NCBI GenBank assembly: GCA_017524595.1
Contig: JAFXVI010000010.1
Span: 1-63,110 of the forward strand
Direction: 5' to 3'
Origin: Lachnospiraceae bacterium
GTDB taxonomy: Bacteria > Bacillota > Clostridia > Lachnospirales > Lachnospiraceae
DNA: 63,110 nt
Position numbers and translations under genes: made by a program. The notes under the pieces were generated by a model. It searched no databases. It was not told where the DNA came from and was given only the letters and a program-made list of their open reading frames with translations. Positions 36,971-47,289 of this stretch are shown here, one piece after another. The first letter of the stretch is position 1. Every line of letters begins with the position of its first letter.

Positions 36971-37048
36971 TTGAATGCATACCTCTGTTAACAACAAACA
37001 ACTTCATGCGTCAGTTCAACCGCATCATGCCTTAGAATGTAAGTCAAT

Positions 37049-38494
37049 TCACTGGCATCCGTTACACGAAGAGCATTTACTGCAGTCTCCCTGCTTGTCC
37101 CAGCAGTATGTGCACAGCTTCTCCTTTGGCAGTCCAACGGATTCCACCATGTCATCAAGGCGATGGAAACGAAGCGATGTGAAATTAAGCTGTTTCCTTA
37201 TCCCCTCCACCATTTCCTTATAATTGGTGCTGTCCGGATCGGCATAATCCTTAAGCAGCTCATCAGAAACATTTTCACCTTCGCGCTCCCTTATCACCCG
37301 GCGGGTGATCAGATCATATTCCGAATTCGAACGCGAGAAATTAAGGAACTTACAGCCGTGGAGCAGCGGTGGACAGGCCGGTCTTATATGAACCTCTCCG
37401 GCACCGCTGTTATACAGGAATTCCGTCGTTTCCCGAAGCTGCGTACCCCTTACTATCGAATCATCTATCAGGAGCAGCGATTTATTTCTGATAAGCTTGT
37501 CTACAGGTATAAGTTTCATCCTGGCTATGAGATTACGCTGGCTCTGGTCTGTAGGCATGAAGGAACGGGGCCATGTGGGCGTATACTTAATAAATGGTCT
37601 GGAAAACGGAATACCTGATGCATTGGCATAACCTATGGCATGTGCGGTTCCGGAATCAGGGACGCCTGCCACCAGATCAGGCCTGACATTATCGCGCCTC
37701 GCCAGAGCCTGTCCGCAACGATACCTCATCTCCTCAACATTGACATTTTCATATGTCGAAGTGGGATATCCGTAATATATCCACAAGAAAGTACATATCT
37801 TCATTGTATCCTGCGGACCTCTTAACGTTTCATATCCGTCAGCAGTTATGTAAACTATTTCACCGGGGCCCAGTTCCTTTTCATCCCTGTATCCGAGATT
37901 GATATATGAAAAGCTCTCAAACGCCACGCAGTAAGCTTCGTCTTCCTTCTTAGCTATCATAAGAGGGGTCCGGCCATACAGATCCCTTCCGGCATAGATC
38001 CCCTTTTCAGTCATTACAAGTAAAGTCAGGGAACCGTCCACCTTCTCAAGGGCATAGGCAATCCCTTCTTCAAATGAATCCTTCTGATTGATAAGCGATG
38101 CTACCAGTTCCGTAGGATTGATATTGCTGCCACTCATTTCAAGGAACTGTGTCCTCCCGACATTATATGCTTCCTTAACCAGCTCATCTATATTGTTAAT
38201 CTTACTTACGGTAGTTATTGCAAAGCTGCCAAGATGGGACCTTATGAGCAGAGGCTGTGGTTCATAATCGGAGATGCAGCCTATTCCGATCTTACCGTTG
38301 AATTCAGTTACATCCCTCTCAAACTTGGTACGGAAAGGAGAATTCTGTATATTATGGATCGCCCGGTCGAAACCCCTGTCGCCATACATTGCCATTCCAG
38401 CTCTCCTGGTCCCAAGATGCGAATGATAGTCCGTTCCAAAGAACAGATCCAGTACGCAGTCCTTCTTAGATACTACTCCGAATATTCCACCCAT
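37049..38494 (-). CDS. Amidophosphoribosyltransferase-like protein (PurF paralogue family lacking the N-terminal Cys nucleophile)
   Basis: 481 aa. Ntn-GATase-like N-domain plus a PRTase domain (LLLIDDSIVRGTQL). It begins MGGIFG, where PurF has (M)CG[IV]. The start is fixed by GGGAGG 7 nt upstream. Cys-rich tail CTYCWDKQGDCSKCSSCNGCQ. Confidence 0.75.
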   Translation of the reverse strand: MGGIFGVVSKKDCVLDLFFGTDYHSHLGTRRAGMAMYGDRGFDRAIHNIQNSPFRTKFERDVTEFNGKIGIGCISDYEPQPLLIRSHLGSFAITTVSKINNIDELVKEAYNVGRTQFLEMSGSNINPTELVASLINQKDSFEEGIAYALEKVDGSLTLLVMTEKGIYAGRDLYGRTPLMIAKKEDEAYCVAFESFSYINLGYRDEKELGPGEIVYITADGYETLRGPQDTMKICTFLWIYYGYPTSTYENVNVEEMRYRCGQALARRDNVRPDLVAGVPDSGTAHAIGYANASGIPFSRPFIKYTPTWPRSFMPTDQSQRNLIARMKLIPVDKLIRNKSLLLIDDSIVRGTQLRETTEFLYNSGAGEVHIRPACPPLLHGCKFLNFSRSNSEYDLITRRVIREREGENVSDELLKDYADPDSTNYKEMVEGIRKQLNFTSLRFHRLDDMVESVGLPKEKLCTYCWDKQGDCSKCSSCNGCQ

Positions 38495-38705
38495 AATGAG
38501 CCTCCCGTATATCTTTATTAAAAATCACATAAAAATATTATCACGATAGGGGGATGATGACAATTAAAAATATGGTTTATACAACTCCGCTTACCGACAT
38601 ATCTATAATCCGTTCCCATCTATGTATCATGTCCACTCGGCGAGCGTACTTCCGATTACCAACGAAATGTGATATACTTTAAGAAATTTACTAAATGGAG
38701 CAAGT

Positions 38706-40175
38706 ATGAACGAAAACCGCAGCTTTACATTCCAACCTTTCATATTACTTACTGCCCTCATACTCTTCCTTGCTTTCTGCATGGACACGACCGCCGAAAC
38801 CCTAAGGAAGCCACAGTATCTGTTCTTCCTTCTGTCCGTTTTTCTTGTTCTCTTTGTATTTCGTCAATTGGTTAACATAACTGAGCCGGCCTTCATACTC
38901 CTGCTCGGTGTGATGCTGCGTACTTCCTACGTCCTCTACACTGCAATATGGACAAGGCAGCATGATGTAATAGATTTCGGAACAGGAGAAGGGCATGCAG
39001 GATATATGGAATACATATATCAGAACCTTTCCCTCCCCACGGGTGATCCAAGGGAGAGATGGGCTTTCTTCCAGCCCCCTCTCCATCACATTATCTCGGG
39101 ATTATGGATGCGGTTCTGCGCGCATTTTAATCTCGTATACCGTCAGGTCCAGGAGAATGTACAGCTGCTCACACTGTTTTATATCTGCACTGTCACGATA
39201 CTGACGTTCTTCATATGTAAAGAATTAAAGTTAAAGACATGGGGTGTCAGGATCGCATTGCTGATCGTATGTTTCCATCCTGCGCTTACGATAATGTCGG
39301 GCAGCATCAATAATGATGCATTAAGCCTTGTCCTTGCTCTTTTTGCTGTTTATCTGGTAATACTCTGGTACAACAATCCTACATATAAGCTGATCATCCT
39401 GCTTGCTTTAAGCATAGGACTTTCAATGATGGCCAAGCTGTCGGGCGGCACTGTGGCACCGGCTATAGCTGCGATGTTCCTGCTTAAGCTGATAAAGGAC
39501 AGGGATAATATCCGCAAGTACATATTACAATATATTGTCTTCGGGATTATCGTATTTCCACTGGGAATCTGGTGGGAATTAAAGAATATGCTTATATACA
39601 AAATGCCTTTTAACTACATTCCACCTGTAGGCGAGCAGCTAAACGCTTCTCTTATAAGCCGCCTTTTCGATCTTCGCTGCCACAGCGTTTTTCCCTCAAT
39701 GATATCAAACGGCGATGCTTATGACGAATACAATGTTTTTCTTACACTATTCAAGACATCGTTATTTGATGACGCCAACTTTTCTCTTGAATCAAAAAGT
39801 ATAACCTTATTTGCCGTGATCCTGTTTGTAACAGCACTGATCCTGGCTGTGATCTCGCTGGTCGCTACACTGTTTGTTATATTTGACAAAAAGAACCGTT
39901 ACGGGATCTCATTCGAGCACAGGCTTTTGTTCGGGATACTGTATATCACTCTGCTCATATCCTATTTCAGTTTTGCTCTTGGCTCAAATAATTACAGCGC
40001 CATGAACTTCCGTTACATAGCGCTGATAATTCCTGTTGAAGCGATCTTCCTCGGAGTCTTCATTGATGCCTGCAAAGACAAGCACCACATACTTTTCCGT
40101 CTGTTCGCAGCAACCGTTATGACTTTCGCCGTTTCTTCAGCATCCACCTGCATTATGTTAGGTTTTGCCCGTTAA
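38706..40175 (+). CDS. Polytopic membrane glycosyltransferase, GT39/ArnT-PMT-like
   Basis: 489 aa with about 11 predicted TM segments. Typical region SINNDALSLVLALFAVYLVILWY...LSIGLSMMAKLSG. Confidence 0.7.
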   Translation: MNENRSFTFQPFILLTALILFLAFCMDTTAETLRKPQYLFFLLSVFLVLFVFRQLVNITEPAFILLLGVMLRTSYVLYTAIWTRQHDVIDFGTGEGHAGYMEYIYQNLSLPTGDPRERWAFFQPPLHHIISGLWMRFCAHFNLVYRQVQENVQLLTLFYICTVTILTFFICKELKLKTWGVRIALLIVCFHPALTIMSGSINNDALSLVLALFAVYLVILWYNNPTYKLIILLALSIGLSMMAKLSGGTVAPAIAAMFLLKLIKDRDNIRKYILQYIVFGIIVFPLGIWWELKNMLIYKMPFNYIPPVGEQLNASLISRLFDLRCHSVFPSMISNGDAYDEYNVFLTLFKTSLFDDANFSLESKSITLFAVILFVTALILAVISLVATLFVIFDKKNRYGISFEHRLLFGILYITLLISYFSFALGSNNYSAMNFRYIALIIPVEAIFLGVFIDACKDKHHILFRLFAATVMTFAVSSASTCIMLGFAR

Positions 40176-40224
40176 GTGTACTTGCAGGGTTCACACTAAG
40201 CTCGACAATAACTAACTAAGTGTT

Positions 40225-41622
40225 CTACCGCTCTTCGGTCATATAATCTGCCGCATCCATTGCATTCTGCGTGTCGGGAAAAGTATCTATAACCTGCCGG
40301 TACAGCTCGTCAGCCTTTCTGGTATCGCCGGACTGTCTGTAGCAATGGGCAAGGTTCATAAGCACATCAGAGTTGGATTTATCCAAAAGCCATGCCTTGG
40401 TATATTCCTCTATGGCCTGATCGTAATCATTGGCCTTAACGGCTAATTTGGCGTTTTCTATATATTCTTCCGCAGCTAAAGAACCGACATCTGTCTTGAG
40501 CTGATCATACAGAGCTTTAAATGATTCTGTTGCCGTTTCAAGATATTCCTCGGAAATATGATCCATGTTTTCCATTATCGTTATCGAATCGGTCGGATCC
40601 GAAACATAGGCGACAGCTGCTGTCATCAGATAATCAAGCTCCGTCTTCCTGCCTGACGCACCTGTAATATCATCATACTTACGCTGTAGTTCATCAAGCT
40701 GATTCCGAGTATCCTCGAGCTGTTTGGCCGTCTCCTGGGCCGAAGCCTGTTCTGCGGCGAGCTGCTCACTGACTTCCTTGAACTTCTCGTCATTTGTCTG
40801 TGTCACACCCGCCATACGCGCCGGCATGATAAGAAACCAACAGATAGCCACTCCAACCAGAAGACCTATTACAATATTTATAATGCTTGAAAATCCAACC
40901 TTCTCTTTCTGATATACAGGCTGGATTATTACCTCATTGCCGTTCTGATAACTTATAGTCTCCATAGGAAGAGTGCTGACTTTCTTTCCGGTCTTCTCTT
41001 CCTGCTCACGTATAAGATCATTGACCTCCTTGATATATCCAAGCGTAGTGGTATTGCTCGCATCCACAGACAACGCCTTAAACAATGTACGCTTGGCATT
41101 ATCATAATCACCCGTACAGATATACAAAAGGCCAAGCAGCTGATAACCGCTTATCAGATTCTTATTTATGGACAGTACTTTCTTAAGCTGAATTATGGCC
41201 AGATCCTTGCTGTCCTGATAACAGAACTGTAGTGCCTGATTGTATTTCTTAAGTGTCTGGTCGATATTATCAAGTCTAGTCGGACTTGAATTCAGCACAC
41301 CAAGATATTCATCAGCTATGTTTTTGGATGGCTGAAGATTCCTGCTGATTATCCATTCACTCATCGCAAGCACAGCCTCACCCATCTCAAAATAAACAAG
41401 TCCGAGAAGGTTGCGCGCCTCTGTATTACGTTTATTATACCGAAGCGACTGCTTCAGGCTTAAAACTGCACCCGAAAGATCACGCACGTTTGCCCTTGCC
41501 AGTCCATCATTGTAAAAATAGTTGGACATAGCTAATATTTTCTTGTACACCCCGACATCCGCACCGCAACTTGTACAAAAATCCTCTTCGGATAAGCGGT
41601 TGCCGCATTGATAGCAATTCAT
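40225..41622 (-). CDS. Zinc-ribbon / TPR repeat membrane protein
   Basis: MNCYQCGNRLSEEDFCTSCGADV, then TPR repeats, one TM (IINIVIGLLVGVAICWFLIM), a coiled coil and C-terminal TPRs. Confidence 0.75.
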   Translation of the reverse strand: MNCYQCGNRLSEEDFCTSCGADVGVYKKILAMSNYFYNDGLARANVRDLSGAVLSLKQSLRYNKRNTEARNLLGLVYFEMGEAVLAMSEWIISRNLQPSKNIADEYLGVLNSSPTRLDNIDQTLKKYNQALQFCYQDSKDLAIIQLKKVLSINKNLISGYQLLGLLYICTGDYDNAKRTLFKALSVDASNTTTLGYIKEVNDLIREQEEKTGKKVSTLPMETISYQNGNEVIIQPVYQKEKVGFSSIINIVIGLLVGVAICWFLIMPARMAGVTQTNDEKFKEVSEQLAAEQASAQETAKQLEDTRNQLDELQRKYDDITGASGRKTELDYLMTAAVAYVSDPTDSITIMENMDHISEEYLETATESFKALYDQLKTDVGSLAAEEYIENAKLAVKANDYDQAIEEYTKAWLLDKSNSDVLMNLAHCYRQSGDTRKADELYRQVIDTFPDTQNAMDAADYMTEER

Positions 41623-41701
41623 AATCTGTTATTGTTCTTCCTTAGGTAAATATTTACGCTCCTCTGATACAGCGACCGAAAACCGGTTGCGATCACCATA
41701 A

Positions 41702-41917
41702 CTATGGCAGAGTGTTGTACATGATCTGCTCCATCTGCGCCTGTGCCTGTGCCTGTCCTTCAACACGCGCCTGCATGGCTGCATCCGCCTTTTCGCGCAT
41801 CATGGTCATGAATATATCCGTCATATCAGTCATGTCATGATTGTTAACGGCAGCCTCCACTCCGTCAAGTTCCATGCTCGGATGGAATTTCTTAAGTTCA
41901 TCTTCAAAATTTATCAT
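41702..41917 (-). CDS. Small hypothetical protein (71 aa)
   Basis: This ORF sits between valS and the TPR gene. It is Met-rich with a QAQAQAQ tract, and I recognise no family. Confidence 0.4.
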   Translation of the reverse strand: MINFEDELKKFHPSMELDGVEAAVNNHDMTDMTDIFMTMMREKADAAMQARVEGQAQAQAQMEQIMYNTLP

Positions 41918-41945
41918 TTTATTTCCCCGCGATATATTAATGTTC

Positions 41946-44666
41946 TCAATCCAACTGTGATAAACGTTCGCGTACCTGTTCCATCATCTGAGTATATTTG
42001 GCGAGCTTGGCCTTCTCTTCCTCTATTTTTGCAGCCGGAGCCTTGCTTATAAATTTCTCGTTGCTAAGCATTCCGTTTACACGCTTAAGCTCGCCCTCAA
42101 GCCTTGCTTCTTCCTTCTTAAGACGTTCGATTTCCTGTTTTATGTCAACCAATTCCGTAAACGGTATATAGATATTTGCACCAGGTATTACGACTGAAAC
42201 CGCATCATCCGCTATACCGGACCGGTCTGCCTTAATAGATACCTCTGAAGCATAAGCAAGTGAAGCAAAGAACAGTTCGCCCTCCTTGAAAGTCGCCTGT
42301 ATGTCCTTATCTTCCGTAACTACAAATACATGCGCCTTCCTGCCGGACGGTACGTTCATTTCGGTGCGCACATTCCTTATGCCACGGACAGCTTCCTTTA
42401 TAGCCTCGATTGCCTTCTCTTCCCTGTCATATGCCTTGCTTTCCGAATATAGCGGCCATGAGGAGATCATAATACTCTCTTCCTCATCCTGAAGTGTGCA
42501 GAATATCTCTTCTGTTATAAACGGCATATACGGATGCAGAAGCTTAAGCGCGTCTATTAACACCGATTTAAGAGTATACAATGCAGCATTCTGGGACACA
42601 GTATCTTCTGAATTATACAGCCTGGGCTTTACCATTTCAATATACCAGTCACAGAATTCATCCCAGATAAAGTCATAAATCTTGCCGACAGCAATACCGA
42701 GTTCATACTTCTCCATGTTGTCTGTCACATCCTTGATCACCGAATTCAGCTTGCTGATGATCCATTTATCGACAGGCTCCAGGTCCGCTTCTGCTGGCTT
42801 TGTCACCGTTTTATCTTCAATATTCATCATTATGAAACGTGATGCGTTCCATACCTTGTTTGCAAAATTGCGGCATGCCTCGACCTTTTCATAATAGAAA
42901 CGCATATCATTTCCCGGTGCGTTTCCGGTCATCAGCATAAGGCGCAGAGCATCGGCTCCGTACTTGTCTATTATCTCAAGGGGATCGATTCCGTTGCCGA
43001 GTGATTTTGACATCTTACGTCCTTTTGAATCCCTTACAAGACCGTGTATAAGCACAGTATGGAAAGGCGAATGTCCGGTATGCTCAATGCCCGAAAATAC
43101 CATACGGACTACCCAGAAAAAGATGATGTCATAACCGGTAACAAGAACATCCGTCGGATAAAAATAATCAAGCTCTTCCGTCTTCTCAGGCCAGCCAAGC
43201 GTCGAAAAAGGCCACAATGCCGATGAGAACCATGTATCAAGAACATCCTCATCCTGCTTAAGATGCTTGCCGCCGCACTTTGGACAGACCGTCGGAGCTT
43301 CCTTTGATACTATCGTCTCATTGCAGTCACTGCAATAGTAGGCAGGGATCCTGTGTCCCCACCAAAGCTGTCTTGATATACACCAGTCGCGTATGCCCTC
43401 AAGCCAGTGCAGATAGGTCTTGTCAAACCTCTCCGGTACAAATGCAAGCCTTCCATACTCACAGTCTTTTCCTTCTCTCGTTTCTTTAAGCACTCTGATC
43501 GCAGGCTCCGCAAGCTTCTCCATGGCTACAAACCACTGGGCCTTGGCCATAGGCTCTATCGTGCATCCACAGCGGTCATGAGTTCCTACATTATGCGAAT
43601 GATCTTCTACCTTAACTAAAAGTCCGAGGGCGTCAAGATCGGCAACAACCTGTTTTCTTGCCTCATATCTCTCCATCCCGTTATATCTGCCGCCCTTTTC
43701 GTTTATGGTCGCATCATCATTCATTATGTTTATTACGTCAAGATCATGTCGCTTACCTACTTCGAAATCATTAGGGTCATGGGCAGGCGTTATTTTAACA
43801 ACTCCTGTTCCGAATTCCTTATCCACATATGAATCGGTAATAACCGGAATATCCTTATTCATAAGCGGGAGGATAACAGTCTTGCCTGCTATGGATGTAT
43901 ATCTCTCATCCTCAGGATTAACGGCAAGCGCAGTATCGCCAAGCATGGTCTCGGGACGTGTTGTCGCTACCACTACATAATTTCCTTCATCTGCCTCATC
44001 GCACTTCCTGCCATCCAGCATAGCCTCTGCTTCCCTGGTTCCCGCTATCGGGTAACGGATATGCCAGAAATGACCCGCCTGCTCCTCATGCTCAACCTCT
44101 GCGTCAGAAATAGTAGTCTGACATACAGGACACCAGTTAACTATCCTGTTACCCTTATAAATGAGTCCTTTATTGTACAGATTAACAAAAACTTCCGTGA
44201 CTGCCTTGTTGCAGCCCTCATCCATAGTAAAACGCTCACGCTCCCAGTCGCATGATGACCCCAGCTTCTTAAGCTGTTCTACAATCCTTCCGCCGTACTC
44301 TTCCTTCCATTCCCAAGCACGCTTAAGGAAGCCATCCCGTCCAAGATCTTCCTTGGTAATGCCTTCCTCTTTAAGCTTCTCTATTATCTTCACTTCAGTC
44401 GCTATGCTTGCATGATCGCAGCCCGGCTGCCACAACGCATTGTACCCTTGCATCCTCTTGAATCGGATGAGGATATCCTGCATTGTATTATCAAATGCAT
44501 GTCCCATGTGAAGCTGTCCCGTGATATTCGGGGGCGGGATCACAATCGTAAACGGTTTCTTACTCCTGTCAACAACAGCATGGAAGTAATTCCTGTCCAG
44601 CCATTTTTTGTAAATACGCGGCTCCATATCCTTAGGGTCGTACGTTTTTGCCAGTTCCTTGCTCAT
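41946..44666 (-). CDS. valS: Valine--tRNA ligase
   Basis: 906 aa from ATG 44666 (GAGGAG 6 nt upstream). PPPNITGQLHMGHA (HIGH), KMSKSLGN (KMSKS) and a C-terminal coiled coil. Confidence 0.95.
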   Translation of the reverse strand: MSKELAKTYDPKDMEPRIYKKWLDRNYFHAVVDRSKKPFTIVIPPPNITGQLHMGHAFDNTMQDILIRFKRMQGYNALWQPGCDHASIATEVKIIEKLKEEGITKEDLGRDGFLKRAWEWKEEYGGRIVEQLKKLGSSCDWERERFTMDEGCNKAVTEVFVNLYNKGLIYKGNRIVNWCPVCQTTISDAEVEHEEQAGHFWHIRYPIAGTREAEAMLDGRKCDEADEGNYVVVATTRPETMLGDTALAVNPEDERYTSIAGKTVILPLMNKDIPVITDSYVDKEFGTGVVKITPAHDPNDFEVGKRHDLDVINIMNDDATINEKGGRYNGMERYEARKQVVADLDALGLLVKVEDHSHNVGTHDRCGCTIEPMAKAQWFVAMEKLAEPAIRVLKETREGKDCEYGRLAFVPERFDKTYLHWLEGIRDWCISRQLWWGHRIPAYYCSDCNETIVSKEAPTVCPKCGGKHLKQDEDVLDTWFSSALWPFSTLGWPEKTEELDYFYPTDVLVTGYDIIFFWVVRMVFSGIEHTGHSPFHTVLIHGLVRDSKGRKMSKSLGNGIDPLEIIDKYGADALRLMLMTGNAPGNDMRFYYEKVEACRNFANKVWNASRFIMMNIEDKTVTKPAEADLEPVDKWIISKLNSVIKDVTDNMEKYELGIAVGKIYDFIWDEFCDWYIEMVKPRLYNSEDTVSQNAALYTLKSVLIDALKLLHPYMPFITEEIFCTLQDEEESIMISSWPLYSESKAYDREEKAIEAIKEAVRGIRNVRTEMNVPSGRKAHVFVVTEDKDIQATFKEGELFFASLAYASEVSIKADRSGIADDAVSVVIPGANIYIPFTELVDIKQEIERLKKEEARLEGELKRVNGMLSNEKFISKAPAAKIEEEKAKLAKYTQMMEQVRERLSQLD

Positions 44667-44736
44667 CTTATTTCTCCTCAAATATTTTTTGTACTGCCTC
44701 CTCATCCATCGGCGAACAGACTGTATCTCTATATTG

Positions 44737-47277
44737 TTATCTTACGTTCTCTTCACCTTTTATCGTCTTTTTATGTTCATACATAAAAGCATCCGCACGT
44801 TTAAATACATCATTACAGTTAGAATCAGTCGCGGGATCATATTCCGCCATTCCGACAGCAAAAGATACATTCATAACATCCATCGGCTTGTAATTCTCAG
44901 CTGTCATTTGCTGCATAAGTCCCGATACTAACGTTTCCCTGTTATCGTAGTCATCATTTCTTAATATTGCAGTGAACTCATCTCCGCCGATCCTGAACAC
45001 AGGACTGTGTGCAAAGGTATGGCAGATAAGCCTGCATGAATTGATCAGCAGCTTATTGCCTTCATCGTGTCCTATATTATCATTCGTCTCTTTAAGTCCG
45101 TTCACATCACAGACAACAATGGCAAAATGAACATCCTCTCCACTCTCTATCTCAACATCTATACGTCCGCATGAAAGCTCAAACGCGTTCATGTTTTTGA
45201 CACCGGTAAGTCCGTCGGTATTGGCATCCCGTAATGCTTTCTCGAGCCTCTCTGCAAGTTCGTTGGTATTTCTACGCATCGCTCCCATCAAAGTCTTAAC
45301 CAGCATTGTTATATCCACGGGCTTGGAAAGATAATCATTCATTCCGGCTTCAAACAACCGGCCTATATCCTCTTCATCGTTTCCGGCTATCAACGCAATG
45401 ACAGGAACTGTCTGAGCGTCGCTTCTGGTCATCGATCTTATCTCTTTCGTGACCGAAATGCCGTCAAGCACCGGCATTGCAACATCCATAAGTATTGCAT
45501 CAATACTGTTCTCGGCTGATGACTTAAACAGCGTAAGAGCAACCAAGCCATTCTCGGCAGCTATTACTTCGGCGCCCTCATTAACGAGGGTTGTACGGGC
45601 TATTTCCATGCTGACTTCATCATCGTCAGCAACCAGAATACGTGAGCCGGATAGCTTAAGGTCCTCATCTCCCTTGAGAGGCTCTGTCGAGGTTTTATAT
45701 ATCTCAAACGGCATGGTAACCGTAAACTTCGAACCTCTCTGTAATTCACTCTCAACTTCTATCTTACCGCCCATCAACTCTACGTATCGTTTGGTGATAC
45801 TCATGCCTATTCCAAGGCTTCCATCATCCTCTACATCTGCGTCTTCATGCGAGAACGACTCAAAGAGATGCGACAGATACTGTTCACTCATACCAACGCC
45901 GGTATCTTCTATCACAAAACAATAGGTTGTACGATCATCCTTATCCTGTTCTATCTCCTCGAAAACACTAAAGGTTATCCGCCCGCCCTTTTGCGTAAAC
46001 TTAATGGAATGTTCGACAATATTCAATATCACCTGTCTTAAATGAAGTTCATCACTAACGATATTGGGATGAAGTATAAGCCCGACATCCTTGATAAAAA
46101 TAAGTCCTGCTTCACCTATCTGGCCGGCTATTATATTCGAACAGTTCTCAATAAAATTAAGCATATTGATTGGACCGTTCTGGATCTTGACCATTCCGTT
46201 CTCGCTTCTTCCGAGCGTCAGCACGTCATTTATAAGCTCAAGCAGGATCTGCGCTGTGGAATCGATCTGCTCCAAAAAATTCACTGTACGTTTGGGATCG
46301 TCCACATTCCGGCTTGCTATATCCGCCATCCCTATGATCTTATTTACCGGAGTTCTTATGGCATCGGACATCCTCGCCAGAAAAATGTTTTTGGCATTAT
46401 TGGCTTCTCTTGTCATCTTCTCAGCCTCGGCCAGTTCCTCTTTCTGTTCAGTCAACCTTGCATTCAGCTTAAGAAGTTCCTTGCCTCTTCTCGCACTCAT
46501 ATTATGCTGCTTGACAAACATCAGGATGGTTGCCAGAAGGAGCAGCGAAAATTCATATGTGAAGATCGTCTGATAGTTAAGCGAAGTATCCAGATATCCC
46601 GCTATTACGGCATATCGCTCATTTAAATACTTTATCTCTTCGTCCACAAATTCATCAGTATTATCAAATATCTTCTGTTTCGATTTCTGATATGCGGAAT
46701 TGAACAGGATGTTCCTGGCCATCTCCATCTTTTCTTCAGAGCCTGAAGATTCCTCGTACGGTTCAAACTCATAATACAATATCTCTTCGGGAAGATCACG
46801 ATCATAGAATCCCTGGGCAAGAGTCACAAGCGCAAGTGCGTGTATCTCGCTGCTCATAAGATCATCAGATTCATTCTTGGCCTTGGCCATCTTTGTATTG
46901 GCCTCTGCCAGCGGATATAATTCCTCGAGCAGAGCCATACCCTTTTCGCGATGCCTGTCCTCGTATATCTCTTTAAAATACTTAAGGAGATAATCATAAT
47001 CACCCGTCACCGCATAGTTTCTGGCATTCTCGGTAAGAATATCCGAACCAAGCCTTAAATACCTGGCTACCTGGATATAATCAATATGGTCATCCTGAAG
47101 ATCGATAAGCTGCTTATTGTAATCGGAAATATTCCTTGTTTCCCTCACGAGCATATATCCGACCCAGATACTCGCAACAGCAAAGAAAACAGCAAAAGTC
47201 CTCAAAAGGACGCCTGTTTCGCTCCTGTAAACCTTATTCTTCTTGTTCTTGTCTGATTTTTTATCTGACTTCATCAA
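44737..47277 (-). CDS. Hybrid sensor: TM sensor + degenerate HisKA/HATPase + REC + GGDEF diguanylate cyclase
   Basis: 846 aa. The H-box reads FLARMSDAIRTPVN (Asp where the phospho-His is expected). The N-box reads NIVEHSIKFT (His for Asn). G1 (EDTGVGM) and G2 (GSLGIGMS) are present. REC has ILVADDD and LMDVAMP. The cyclase motif is RIGGDEF. Confidence 0.85.
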   Translation of the reverse strand: MMKSDKKSDKNKKNKVYRSETGVLLRTFAVFFAVASIWVGYMLVRETRNISDYNKQLIDLQDDHIDYIQVARYLRLGSDILTENARNYAVTGDYDYLLKYFKEIYEDRHREKGMALLEELYPLAEANTKMAKAKNESDDLMSSEIHALALVTLAQGFYDRDLPEEILYYEFEPYEESSGSEEKMEMARNILFNSAYQKSKQKIFDNTDEFVDEEIKYLNERYAVIAGYLDTSLNYQTIFTYEFSLLLLATILMFVKQHNMSARRGKELLKLNARLTEQKEELAEAEKMTREANNAKNIFLARMSDAIRTPVNKIIGMADIASRNVDDPKRTVNFLEQIDSTAQILLELINDVLTLGRSENGMVKIQNGPINMLNFIENCSNIIAGQIGEAGLIFIKDVGLILHPNIVSDELHLRQVILNIVEHSIKFTQKGGRITFSVFEEIEQDKDDRTTYCFVIEDTGVGMSEQYLSHLFESFSHEDADVEDDGSLGIGMSITKRYVELMGGKIEVESELQRGSKFTVTMPFEIYKTSTEPLKGDEDLKLSGSRILVADDDEVSMEIARTTLVNEGAEVIAAENGLVALTLFKSSAENSIDAILMDVAMPVLDGISVTKEIRSMTRSDAQTVPVIALIAGNDEEDIGRLFEAGMNDYLSKPVDITMLVKTLMGAMRRNTNELAERLEKALRDANTDGLTGVKNMNAFELSCGRIDVEIESGEDVHFAIVVCDVNGLKETNDNIGHDEGNKLLINSCRLICHTFAHSPVFRIGGDEFTAILRNDDYDNRETLVSGLMQQMTAENYKPMDVMNVSFAVGMAEYDPATDSNCNDVFKRADAFMYEHKKTIKGEENVR

Positions 47278-47289
47278 CTGTAACCCCGG

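Noticed and set aside
38495-38705. Possible purine riboswitch or PurR box upstream of the PurF-like gene.
   Set aside because: The predicted promoter leaves a ~45-nt leader. The conserved purine-riboswitch junction sequences are absent.
44667-44736. Expected T-box leader upstream of valS (and likewise glnS at 28887-28987).
   Set aside because: Only 70 nt (101 nt for glnS) separate each gene from the preceding one. There is no specifier stem and no T-box sequence (AAnnnGGGTGGTACCGCG-like).
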